DNA of 64,000 nt from an uncultured Candidatus Poseidoniales archaeon (lineage in GTDB: Archaea > Thermoplasmatota > Poseidoniia > Poseidoniales > Poseidoniaceae), in contig CAJJAV010000006.1 of NCBI GenBank assembly GCA_905182125.1, positions 94,760-158,759 of the forward strand. The letters run 5' to 3'. Each line of letters starts with the position of its first letter. Position 1 is the first letter of the stretch. The notes beneath the pieces are model-generated. The model saw only the letters and a list, made by a program, of their open reading frames with translations. It had not been told where the DNA came from and searched no databases. The translations under genes and the position numbers were made by a program. Below are positions 12,132-21,510 of this stretch, piece by piece.

Positions 12132-12480
12132 CCCCCGTGCCTGTTGGGTTTTCGTTCATCAGCTCGCTGTAGGTCATGAATCGACCTCCAGCGGCTTCTA
12201 TTTTCTCACGTGCACCATTGCTGACACTGTAGGCGGCGATCGTGTGGTTGGCAGACAATTCACCTGAGCCGAGCAGCTTGCCTGGAACGAGGATGGTTGC
12301 ACCCTCGGGGGCGAAGCGGCTCACACGGCTCAAGTTCGGCTGCGCCCAATTTTTACGACTCTTAGAGAGTCTCATGGCCACATCTCGCCAAACAGCGGCT
12401 CCGGTATCACGCGACTGGGCTTTCAACTGGCTGATTACATCAACCAGTCGGGCGTTTGTCTTTTGTGTCGGATTGCTCAT
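12115..12480 (-). CDS. rpl18e: 50S ribosomal protein L18e (eL18)
   Basis: The ORF track extends to 12600. ATG 12480 gives 121 aa starting MSNPTQKTNARLVDVISQLK, which is the typical eL18 length. Its position upstream of uL13/uS9 also fits. Confidence 0.85.
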   Translation of the reverse strand: MSNPTQKTNARLVDVISQLKAQSRDTGAAVWRDVAMRLSKSRKNWAQPNLSRVSRFAPEGATILVPGKLLGSGELSANHTIAAYSVSNGAREKIEAAGGRFMTYSELMNENPTGTGVVILG

Positions 12481-12621
12481 TTGACTCCCTCGATGCTTTG
12501 AAGCAATTCGCCGACTCGCCATCCCATTATCAATGCACCGACGCGGGTGGTCGCTTCTTCGCGCCGCAGTGCATTGATTTTTATGCACGGCAATGAGCAA
12601 AGTGAAAGCGGCGAATCGACT

Positions 12622-13065
12622 TCATTCAAGGAGAATATCGCCCTGTGCATCGAGAAGTTCGATGGTCAAACCTGCAGCTCGACCTTGGATGATGATTTCA
12701 TCATGAAGCGTGTCTGAAAATGCGTCCATAGCGCCCAATTCAGTCCCGCCTGTGATGTCTGTGAGCTTGTCGATAAGATGGTTGAGAACACACGAAACGC
12801 CGTATGCTTGGCCTGCTCGGAAAGCGTGATCTACTCCGCCAATCTCTGGGTCTTCCGCCTTCATGCGTAGCATGATGGTTTGGGAATAAGCAACAAGAGC
12901 GCCATAAATGGCTTCGATGATCTGTGCTGCCTCGACGTCGTCGAGGAGGTTTTGCGAGGTGGAGAGCCCTGCAATCACCGCACGTTCGTAAATTTTGAAC
13001 GCCGCAATGGTGTCTGTTGTCTCAATTTGCATAGCCTCGCCGATAAGTTCCTTCCAATCGTCCAT
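12622..13065 (-). CDS. Hypothetical acidic protein
   Basis: 147-aa ORF co-directional with its neighbours. I recognise no motif. Confidence 0.5.
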   Translation of the reverse strand: MDDWKELIGEAMQIETTDTIAAFKIYERAVIAGLSTSQNLLDDVEAAQIIEAIYGALVAYSQTIMLRMKAEDPEIGGVDHAFRAGQAYGVSCVLNHLIDKLTDITGGTELGAMDAFSDTLHDEIIIQGRAAGLTIELLDAQGDILLE

Positions 13066-13162
13066 GGTGCCACCACACTACACCTGCTCCTTGAATGTTA
13101 AGGCGAACATGAAGTCCAAAGGGGCCTCATGTGAGGCTCCTCTGATGTTCTTCAAGCTGGTT

Positions 13163-16100
13163 TCAAATTTTGAAATCTGTGCCTTCGCCTTCGACGATTC
13201 CTGCTTGGCGAACCGAACCATCTGCGGCAACGAATTCGCCAGCCTTGGTTTGCTTGTCGTACAGGCCAACCAATTCTTTGCGACCGACTGCTGCTTCCTC
13301 GCCAAGAGCGACGGTCAGCGAGCGAACAATCACATCGAGTGTTTCGAGAGCTCTGTCCCTGTGAGAAGCATCGATGGTGTGGTCGGAGTAACGTGCTTCT
13401 TCAAAGATAGACAGGAAGGCACTGAGTTGATCAGACGGCACCATGTTGAATGCTGCACGGACTGCAGACTCGAATTCACGAGTGGTTTCGTACACCTTCT
13501 TCATGAATCCATAGCGTTTGAAGTACTTGACCAAACTCTTGTAACAATCAAAGATTGCTGCAATGTATTCGTTGGATGCTTGAAGTTGCATCATGGTGTC
13601 GGTGAGAATACCCTTCAATGCCTGTACCTGGCGACGTTCTTGGGCGCGCTGGTAGTAGACCAGCCCACCGATCAACAGCGCCATCAGAAGGATACCGAGG
13701 GCCATGCCACGCGCTGGTGTGAAGAACGCAGATTGGGCGTCAATGTTCGAAGGTGTTTCATAAATCAGTTCGTGCGTGATGTTGTCCTGTGATTCTGCAA
13801 AGTATGTGGAACCAGGGTAGTAAGCGATGATGCGCCAGCGACCTTCACAAGGTTCACCGTCACACGATTCGCCACCAAAGGCCCATTCAAAGTCTGCAAC
13901 ACCCTGTTCGTTAGTCTTGGACTTGTTTGTGCCCTCAACAACCCACTCGGTGTTTGCTTCCGACCAGTACTGGCGGACGAACCAAACCTCTTCGTTCTCT
14001 ACAGCGAGGTCGAGACGATCTCGGAGAAGAGCAATCGAACCAAAGACGGCTTCGTCGTTGTCCAAGCCATTTCCTGCGAGGTGGCTCCAGGTTTGCTTCA
14101 CTTGCAAATCCACACGGGAGCGAACAAGGATGTTCATGTCCACGAACGAACCGTTCAAGACATTTGAGGAATCTTTGTCACAGCCGCCTGGAACGTTGAC
14201 GTCTGGCTCGAAGGCAACACGAAGTGTTCGGAATCCTTCCAGCTTACCGCCCGTAGTTTCAACACCCTTCAGCGTCGGGTTTTGACTTGGGTCGCCGCTG
14301 AACCATTCGATGCTTCCATCAATTTCGCTGGTGCGGATTGTGGAAACTGGGCGGATGTTTTGCTCAGGATCGAGGTAGATGTTCAAGCACTTTCCACCGA
14401 CAAACTGCCCGTTGGATTGAGTCAGTTTAGCATCGATGTGATACGACTCTTTGAGGTACAGCACTGGGAAGTTCGAGCCATTTGGAGCAGTCCACGATTC
14501 AACGCTGGACTTGAATGGTCCAACTTCGTTGATTGCAAGGGTGGAGTTCGAGAACACGTCGAATTCTGTTTGAATGGTCTTGTTCTCGTAGCGGTAAGCA
14601 TCATTGTTGTCGTACGAAGAGTAGGTCACGCTAACCTTGGCCTTTCCAGCCATCACGTCAGAAAGTGGACAGAGGATCGAGTATTGACCGTCCATATCCG
14701 TCATGCCACTCAGGCACGAAGTTGGGTTGGATTGGCCATTGATCATCTCGTAACTAACACGGATGTTTCGGTTGGTGAGGTTGGTCCCAAGTTCATCTTG
14801 CAATTGACCTGTGACAATCATTGGCTTTGGCACAATTTCGCCAGTCACCGGGTTGATTTCGCTGGTGTAGACAATTTGGTCGTCCACTGTCAGCGTCGTT
14901 CGTCCAATCAAGGAGAACCCGTTGGCGTTGTTGGTCATCTTGAGCCTGAAGTGATCGTTTCCTGGAACGCTCGTACAAGAGTCCCATGCACCTTGAATGG
15001 TCAGGGAGCTCGCTTGAAGTTCCTGGCACCCTTCATTCGGTAGGTTTTCCTCGAACCGGAGGATCACATTGACGGGGCCGAATCCATCTGGAAGGAAGGA
15101 CTCAGGGTCATCGCGAAGCAACTGCGGATTCAGTGGGCTGATGTTTGATTTCAAGCAGCCAACTGTTTCATTCCGATCAAGAATACCGTCTTGGTTGAAG
15201 TCACGGTCGGGGAAGTTGTCACCGTTTCCGTCATAGAAGCACAAATGAGAGTTGTCGGGTTGTGGCTCAGGGAGTGAAATCAGTCCTGCCGATGGAGCCA
15301 GAGTGGCGACCACTTGTCGGTAAAAGACGCCGCTGAAATCAGTTCCTTCAAAGATCACGTCGACCAGACCTGAGTTGGCTCCGTCAAGAGCCGCTCCGCC
15401 TGCATCGCGTATCGAAGTTTTATTGTCGTCCACAACTTGAGCAGTGAAATCCCATCGATCACCTGATTGTCTTATGTTCGGATCGGCCGTGATGACGGAA
15501 AGATAGGTTCTCGAAACAACCCAAACTTCCTGGACCATCGTATTGCCTTTGAGCAACGGCGTTCCAGCAAACTCAAACTGCAAGCTAAAGTTGCCGAGTG
15601 AATCTTGAGCTGATATGTTGAACGGTATTTCGAAGAAACCATTTTCGTCAGTGTAATTGACACCGCTTCGTCCATCCGCAGACCATGTGTAATTCACCGG
15701 GACATTGCGTACGGGTTGCAAGGAGTTGTCAACCAACTTCGCTTGAATCGTTGTGCTGCTGTTTCGATACAAGCGAGGCAACGAGGTTGTTTGGAAGTCA
15801 GTTGTTCCTACGACGGTGACGTTGATGTATGCGCCGGTTGCTGCAAGGGTTGAACTGTTTCCAGTGAAGTAGTATGCAGAATTGGTGAAATCAACGCGCA
15901 TGCCATAGGCTCCAGAGCCATATTGGCTGTACCAGGACCAGTTGTAGTCGAACTCTGCAACACCGTTGTTCATGATCGGGCGTTGCGTGTATGCGGTTTC
16001 GCCCGCACCCAAGAACTGACCATTCCCATCGACGTCGACTTGAAGAGCGACTGGGTCTGCATCCCAAGCATCGTTGGTGCGGTTGGTCACTGAACCAATG

Positions 16101-19100
16101 ATTTGGAGGGAGTCACCCGTGTTCATTTCTGGAACGATTTCACACCGCACTTCGCTAAGTGGGTCTGTTGGGTCAACTGCGCCACAAGGAGGCAAGTCGC
16201 CGTCGCCACCATTGACGAGGTTGATGAACCAGTGTGTGGAATTCGTGCTGATGAAGTTGCGAAGGTTTGCAGCCTCACCAATCAATGATGCGGGCGCACC
16301 GTCCCAATTAGTCGGGTAGGGTTTGGCCTTTGAAATATCATTGAAATTGAGGTTCGCTCCATTGAGGGCTTCTTGATGGAATAATGTTGCCCAATTACCG
16401 AAGCTTCCGTCACCGTTGTTGATGGTTGCATCATAGTAGAACACTGGGTTAATTCCTTCCAAGATCATCTGTGCTTCGATGTTCATGCGATGCATAACAC
16501 GGATGGATTGTGGTTCTGTATCGTCGCCATGGAGGTACGGGAATGGCCATTCACTTGCGATTTCTGGGCGAACGCTTGCTGTGACTTCGTAATCACCAGC
16601 AGGTAAACTTGTGTTGGTATAATCATATTCAATGATGTTTCCAGTGCCGTCAAGCAACGGCTCAAGCGTGTTGGTGTTTGAGTTCCAAGCGACTTCTTCG
16701 TAACCGCCAGGTACCTTTCCTACGCCGTTATCCCGGGTGGAATTCCATTTAATCTGCTTCCATACACCGTTGATACCGATGTCTTGCACGAACGTAACCG
16801 ATACCAAACCGGATGGTCCACTTCGGTAGCCGTCGCCGCCCAAACCTGTGAAGTTGGTCGGGTGAGTGAGGTTACCAAAGATGCCCCCGCGAACCGAGAA
16901 GGTCATCGGTATGCTTGGGACAAGGTTGTCGAAAATTCCACGTTGGATGTCTGCAGTGTAGTAGGACCACATGTCAACCCAGAATGGTTGTTCATCGCTT
17001 CGGAAGTAACCGTTCATGAAGATGTCAGCAGTCAGGTTAGCTTCTGCACCAACATAGTATGACTGGGATTGATTGCCGTTGAAGGCAAACATCTCTGTAA
17101 CTTCTGCATAGACCCTGTAGGTCGTGTTGTCGCCCACTGTAAGATCCTCTGGATAGAGGAACTGCCCAACGCTGAAGTTTCCTGAAGCAGTGGTGAGGAC
17201 GTCGATTGTTTCGATCGCTGTCGTGTTGTTTCCAGTCCATTCGATGTGAACTTGGACAGGAAGTCCTGTCGCTGCTTCAAGCTGGCCTGTGATTGGGTTC
17301 ACCCAGTCGACGTGACCGCTGAAAATCGCTGGGGCTTGAGCATCAAGCCACAGGTTATTTGGTAAATTGAGGGTGATAAAGGTCGGGGCTTTGTCGTCCC
17401 GATCAAGGTTGCAATCATTGTCGCTGTCCCAGTCACTGGATTGTCCGCCATTGTAGCAGGGGGTGCTGGTGTATGTTTCCTCAAGATGGTCGAAGTCGAG
17501 ATCATTGCGCGAATCGTTATCGTCGTCTTGATCGATGCTATCCGGACCTGTGTTGGTGTCTTGGGGGTTGGCGATGCCTTCTCCATTACCGAAATCGTCG
17601 TGGTCCCAGGGATTGGTTGAGTTGCGGTTGAAACGGGTTGGCCAGAGAAGCACTTCGTCTTCGTCCTTCATGCCGTCTTCATCGTCGTCTTCATCGATAT
17701 CGTCGCGTGTGCCGTCGTTATCGTGGTCAAAGGCTTGAGTGAGGCTGATGGCCAGCTCGACGTCGTTTGAGATGCCATCGCCGTCCCAATCATCGTCTGC
17801 CCAATCGACAATGTTGTCATTGTCGTGGTCAAATGGTGAAGATTCTTCGCCCCAGAAACAGCCTGGGAGGAGTTCTTGGTCAACATCGAGGATGCCGTTG
17901 TTGTCGTCATCTGTATCTTCGGCGTCAGGGACACCGTCGTTGTCATTGTCGACGTCATAGAGGGCGGGTTCGCGAAGACCTTGAGACATGATTCCTTGAT
18001 CCCAAACTGCTTGGAAGAAACCATCGTTGTCAATGTCGGCGTCGTTTCCGTCATCGTCATTGTCATTGCAGTTAGTACCGCTAAAGAAATTGCCGTTTTC
18101 TTGGCCAGCATCGTTGTCGTAATCGTCATCCGAGTCGATTTCGAAATAATCCCAGATGCCGTCGTTATCGTCGTCGACATCATACCAATCATAGACAGAA
18201 TCGTAATCATTGTCAAGGTCGACCGTCATGTTGGTGAAATCGCCATCAACGTCGCCGTCGACGTCATTCTTGAGCAAGTCAGCGCCCAATTCATCAGGGA
18301 AATCAGCAATAGGTCCGTTGTCGGAGGTCCACTGCCAAAGTCCTGTCGTGAGGCCCACCCAGGTGACGAAAGCGTCCCTGTTATCGGTCATTTGAACATA
18401 GGAAATACCTGATTCAATGGTGCCGTCGCCTCCGAAATCGTAGTGGTAGCAACCACCTTGGGCACCAGGGGTGCAACTCCAGTTGTTGGTCGCCCCACCT
18501 GGTGTAGCGCCTTGATCAACAAAAGCATCGGGTCGTGTGGAATATGGAGAGCCGAATTGTGCATTAACGCCGTTCAGAGGCATGTGGTATGCTAAAGCGT
18601 AAGCGTAGCCACAGACATACCCGCCACCAAGGTTTCCAGCTGTCCAGCCACATTGTGTCATATTGAATGAGCCGCCCATCTTCGGGTCGTCGACGTCCAT
18701 CAAACCGTCATTGGATTCGTCCTGATCCCACCAATCGGGTAAACCATCGGCATCCTGGTCAGTATCAAGACCATTTGTCAAAGAGTCACCATCGGCGTCG
18801 ATGTCCCAGTCGTTGCCACCATTGTAGGAGGACCAGCGTGCGAACATGAACCAGTAGAATTCTGGAACGGTTCCCGGGGTCGCAGGAGAAGTGGTCGGGT
18901 CGTAGCCGTTGTAGTTGAGGACAACATCGCTGAATGGGTTGTGCCAGAAAAGAAGGTTCCAGTGATCTGTAGCGTTGTCGATGTAAGGGGTGCTGTCTTG
19001 GCTTCCGTCAAGGGTGCCACCGTCATCGACTGGATAGAAAGGACGAGCGAAGGCGTCGCTCGGGTCGAAATCGACCGTTCCGCAGTTACCGTCATCAGGA

Positions 19101-21262
19101 TCGTACAGATCGGCTATTCCGTCGTTGTCATCGTCCCAATCAATGTCGTTTTCAAGGCCGTCCCCATCGATGTCAGAATCGATAGAGTTTGGACCGTCGT
19201 CACGGTAGAGTGCCCCGTTGATTGCGTGAAGGTCTGCATCGTTATCGAGATCACAGTCCCAGTCGATGTCAAGAACGTCGATGATCCCGTCGCCGTCGTC
19301 ATCAACATCGTCCCAGTTTGCAATTCCATCGTTATCCCAGTCGTTAAACTGAGAGAACGAGGCACGTCGCGTGGTGCACCGTGGATCTGGATCGGTTGGG
19401 TTCGGTGTAGCCATTGTAGGGCAGTTCCATGTGGCAACTTCAGAGGTTTTGTCAAGTGGGAATGAATCGTTTTCGTTCTGGATTTGATCGTCATCCAAAT
19501 CGTATTCGAAGTTGCTCGCATCGCCGCTTACAGTGATGTCCCCGAGGTTGTCGGGCGTGGTCGTACCGCCCATGTCAGGGTCCAACCAATCGTAGACTGC
19601 GTTGTAGTTTTGATCGAATGGCCTGAGTCGGTCATCGTCGAGGTCTTGATCGTAATCGATTTCACAGTCGATGGTTCCATCGCCATCGCCATCCGCGCCG
19701 GGTATTTCGAAATTGATGGTCGTAACGCTCGCTACGGCAATGGAGGCTCCGGAGTTGCCGCCGTTCACGGAAATTTGCTCTCCAACTGAGTAGCCGTATC
19801 CTGCAGCGTTGATGGTCACTGAAGTTACTTCGCCGCCAGAGGCTGCGTCCGCTACAATGTCGACCGTCATGCCGGTACCTGATTGAGCAGAGGTGGCAAC
19901 GCCTGTGGAGGTTACATAGCCTAGACCAGGGGCGAGGGTGCTTGCGTCCAATGCTGTTGATTCACCATTAAGCAAACCGTTGTAGTCGCCCTTATTGTCG
20001 CCGTTGACGTCGATATTGATGCACACATCGTGGATACCGTCGTTATCGTCATCGGGATCGGACATATCCAGGATTCCGTCGTTGTCGTCATCGGTGTCCG
20101 AGCTGTCGGGTGTACCGTCGTTATCGTTGTCAGGATCGATGAAGTTAGGAATCATGTCGCCGTCAAGGTCACCATCAACGATGGTGGTGAAGGCTGGAAT
20201 GCCATTTGGGGAAGTTGAAGTGACTGAGGGCGCGGTAACTGCGTTCACTCGATTCAATTCAGCATTGAGGAAGTTCACACCGCCAGAATACACTCGGTAG
20301 GAATTGAAATCCCAGGTCACAGCTGCGGCGTAGAGGTTGCCTGCTTCAGCATGAGTCGTAGTAATGGTGGAATCGTATGGGTGGGAGTCGGTAACGTCGT
20401 CTACGCCGTCACCGTCGTCATCGTTGTCGAAATAATCTTGGATGCCGTCGTTGTCAAGGTCACAAGGCCACTTGAACTGATCGATTCGAGCATCGTTATC
20501 GTCGTCTTCGTCGTAGCGACCTGGTCCTGAGCCATCGGAATCTTCGTCGGTCACGCCGTCGTTGTCGTGGTCCATTGGGTTCTGGTCAGCGAGGTAGAAA
20601 GCGCCGACTGGGTCTCCTGTCCATGGGTGAATGATGAATTCGTCAAGTCGGCGGTCTGTGGTCACGTTGAGCGGATCGAGTCCGAGCGCTTCCAGAGCAG
20701 CGATGTCGAGAGGACCTTCGAGGATTCCATCGTTGTCATCGTCCCAGTCATCCGCATCGAGGATCCCGTCGTTGTCGTGATCGAATGGGTTGGTACCGTA
20801 GCATCCATCAAACCGTTCAAGCAAGTCATAGATTCCATCGTTGTCGTCGTCGAGGTCGGCCAAATCATTGATTCCATCGTTGTCGTGGTCGTTTGTGTTC
20901 GATTCTTCGAGGTAAAGAGAGTAGGCAGGTGCGAGGGCTTCAATAGCGCTCAAATCGGTGATGATTCCAGACATCACGCCAGGGTCGGACCACATCAAAT
21001 CAGTGATGGAGGGGTGGGTGGAGTGGTGCCACGGATCTTGGTCTCCATTCCAGTCGCCTTGGCCTCCTTGAGTGGTGGATTGGGCGATGCTTTGCCCTAC
21101 ACGCTGGCCTTCTTGGAAGCCGGTGATTTCGACCACATCATCAGAACTGAAGTCTTGAACAACAGCGAGAAGGGTGCTGGTGAGCATCAAGAACACAATT
21201 GTCAATGACATGGTGAGCTTTTGGCGGGTTTGCAGGGTTTCGTTTTGTACGTTCGAAAGCAT
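13163..21262 (-). CDS. Giant (2699 aa) type-I membrane surface protein: dozens of DxDxDG (TSP3-like) Ca-binding repeats, Ig/prealbumin-like region, TM helix, DUF4129-like cytoplasmic tail
   Basis: ATG 21262 is preceded by GAGGTG with a 5-nt spacer. The N-terminal hydrophobic segment is LTIVFLMLTSTLLAVV. The first ~1100 aa are packed with D-x-D-[ND]-D-G-[IV]-x-D units. The TM helix is MALGILLMALLIGGLVYY (~13650-13705). The tail has TTREFESAVRAAF...LSIFEEARYSDHTID, which resembles the DUF4129 signature. Confidence 0.9.
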   Translation of the reverse strand: MLSNVQNETLQTRQKLTMSLTIVFLMLTSTLLAVVQDFSSDDVVEITGFQEGQRVGQSIAQSTTQGGQGDWNGDQDPWHHSTHPSITDLMWSDPGVMSGIITDLSAIEALAPAYSLYLEESNTNDHDNDGINDLADLDDDNDGIYDLLERFDGCYGTNPFDHDNDGILDADDWDDDNDGILEGPLDIAALEALGLDPLNVTTDRRLDEFIIHPWTGDPVGAFYLADQNPMDHDNDGVTDEDSDGSGPGRYDEDDDNDARIDQFKWPCDLDNDGIQDYFDNDDDGDGVDDVTDSHPYDSTITTTHAEAGNLYAAAVTWDFNSYRVYSGGVNFLNAELNRVNAVTAPSVTSTSPNGIPAFTTIVDGDLDGDMIPNFIDPDNDNDGTPDSSDTDDDNDGILDMSDPDDDNDGIHDVCINIDVNGDNKGDYNGLLNGESTALDASTLAPGLGYVTSTGVATSAQSGTGMTVDIVADAASGGEVTSVTINAAGYGYSVGEQISVNGGNSGASIAVASVTTINFEIPGADGDGDGTIDCEIDYDQDLDDDRLRPFDQNYNAVYDWLDPDMGGTTTPDNLGDITVSGDASNFEYDLDDDQIQNENDSFPLDKTSEVATWNCPTMATPNPTDPDPRCTTRRASFSQFNDWDNDGIANWDDVDDDGDGIIDVLDIDWDCDLDNDADLHAINGALYRDDGPNSIDSDIDGDGLENDIDWDDDNDGIADLYDPDDGNCGTVDFDPSDAFARPFYPVDDGGTLDGSQDSTPYIDNATDHWNLLFWHNPFSDVVLNYNGYDPTTSPATPGTVPEFYWFMFARWSSYNGGNDWDIDADGDSLTNGLDTDQDADGLPDWWDQDESNDGLMDVDDPKMGGSFNMTQCGWTAGNLGGGYVCGYAYALAYHMPLNGVNAQFGSPYSTRPDAFVDQGATPGGATNNWSCTPGAQGGCYHYDFGGDGTIESGISYVQMTDNRDAFVTWVGLTTGLWQWTSDNGPIADFPDELGADLLKNDVDGDVDGDFTNMTVDLDNDYDSVYDWYDVDDDNDGIWDYFEIDSDDDYDNDAGQENGNFFSGTNCNDNDDDGNDADIDNDGFFQAVWDQGIMSQGLREPALYDVDNDNDGVPDAEDTDDDNNGILDVDQELLPGCFWGEESSPFDHDNDNIVDWADDDWDGDGISNDVELAISLTQAFDHDNDGTRDDIDEDDDEDGMKDEDEVLLWPTRFNRNSTNPWDHDDFGNGEGIANPQDTNTGPDSIDQDDDNDSRNDLDFDHLEETYTSTPCYNGGQSSDWDSDNDCNLDRDDKAPTFITLNLPNNLWLDAQAPAIFSGHVDWVNPITGQLEAATGLPVQVHIEWTGNNTTAIETIDVLTTASGNFSVGQFLYPEDLTVGDNTTYRVYAEVTEMFAFNGNQSQSYYVGAEANLTADIFMNGYFRSDEQPFWVDMWSYYTADIQRGIFDNLVPSIPMTFSVRGGIFGNLTHPTNFTGLGGDGYRSGPSGLVSVTFVQDIGINGVWKQIKWNSTRDNGVGKVPGGYEEVAWNSNTNTLEPLLDGTGNIIEYDYTNTSLPAGDYEVTASVRPEIASEWPFPYLHGDDTEPQSIRVMHRMNIEAQMILEGINPVFYYDATINNGDGSFGNWATLFHQEALNGANLNFNDISKAKPYPTNWDGAPASLIGEAANLRNFISTNSTHWFINLVNGGDGDLPPCGAVDPTDPLSEVRCEIVPEMNTGDSLQIIGSVTNRTNDAWDADPVALQVDVDGNGQFLGAGETAYTQRPIMNNGVAEFDYNWSWYSQYGSGAYGMRVDFTNSAYYFTGNSSTLAATGAYINVTVVGTTDFQTTSLPRLYRNSSTTIQAKLVDNSLQPVRNVPVNYTWSADGRSGVNYTDENGFFEIPFNISAQDSLGNFSLQFEFAGTPLLKGNTMVQEVWVVSRTYLSVITADPNIRQSGDRWDFTAQVVDDNKTSIRDAGGAALDGANSGLVDVIFEGTDFSGVFYRQVVATLAPSAGLISLPEPQPDNSHLCFYDGNGDNFPDRDFNQDGILDRNETVGCLKSNISPLNPQLLRDDPESFLPDGFGPVNVILRFEENLPNEGCQELQASSLTIQGAWDSCTSVPGNDHFRLKMTNNANGFSLIGRTTLTVDDQIVYTSEINPVTGEIVPKPMIVTGQLQDELGTNLTNRNIRVSYEMINGQSNPTSCLSGMTDMDGQYSILCPLSDVMAGKAKVSVTYSSYDNNDAYRYENKTIQTEFDVFSNSTLAINEVGPFKSSVESWTAPNGSNFPVLYLKESYHIDAKLTQSNGQFVGGKCLNIYLDPEQNIRPVSTIRTSEIDGSIEWFSGDPSQNPTLKGVETTGGKLEGFRTLRVAFEPDVNVPGGCDKDSSNVLNGSFVDMNILVRSRVDLQVKQTWSHLAGNGLDNDEAVFGSIALLRDRLDLAVENEEVWFVRQYWSEANTEWVVEGTNKSKTNEQGVADFEWAFGGESCDGEPCEGRWRIIAYYPGSTYFAESQDNITHELIYETPSNIDAQSAFFTPARGMALGILLMALLIGGLVYYQRAQERRQVQALKGILTDTMMQLQASNEYIAAIFDCYKSLVKYFKRYGFMKKVYETTREFESAVRAAFNMVPSDQLSAFLSIFEEARYSDHTIDASHRDRALETLDVIVRSLTVALGEEAAVGRKELVGLYDKQTKAGEFVAADGSVRQAGIVEGEGTDFKI

Positions 21263-21416
21263 ATAGGCACCTCTGGAATCACCTTTCCACCGTCATGCCC
21301 TATTTCAAAGAGATGGCGCGGTCGATGGTTTGTGTATCACAGACTCGATTGCGTATCATCGCCAAGAAGATTTTAAAATTCAGCGTTAAAGCAGGTCATG
21401 TAACACTTGTTCAAAG

Positions 21417-21458
21417 AAAAAAAAAGGGAGACACGGAGGGCGAACCCTCCGAGTCTCC
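21417..21458 (-). terminator. Intrinsic-terminator-like hairpin plus T9 tract downstream of the GQ-repeat gene
   Basis: The minus strand reads GGAGAC-TC-GGAGGG-TTCG-CCCTCC-GT-GTCTCC followed by CTTTTTTTTTC. It starts about 50 nt after the stop at 21511. Oligo-T is the known archaeal termination signal. Confidence 0.5.
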
Positions 21459-21510
21459 GGCTCACCCGATACCTCGGCATCGGTGGTTACGATGTTCAAT
21501 CTGTCGAACT

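Noticed and set aside
12995-13792. A 265-aa plus-strand ORF over the 3' end of the giant gene.
   Set aside because: It is antisense to the TM/DUF4129-like tail, which has clear protein-like features. The product is Cys-rich and random-looking.
17535-20300. Many 60-180-aa ORFs on both strands inside the 2699-aa gene (for example 17668..18216, 17876..18412, 18941..19465, 19114..19521).
   Set aside because: They are artefacts of Asp/Asn/Gly-codon repeats (GAC/GAT/AAC), which lack stops in other frames. The products are T/M/I- or V/I-rich nonsense nested in a well-supported giant CDS.
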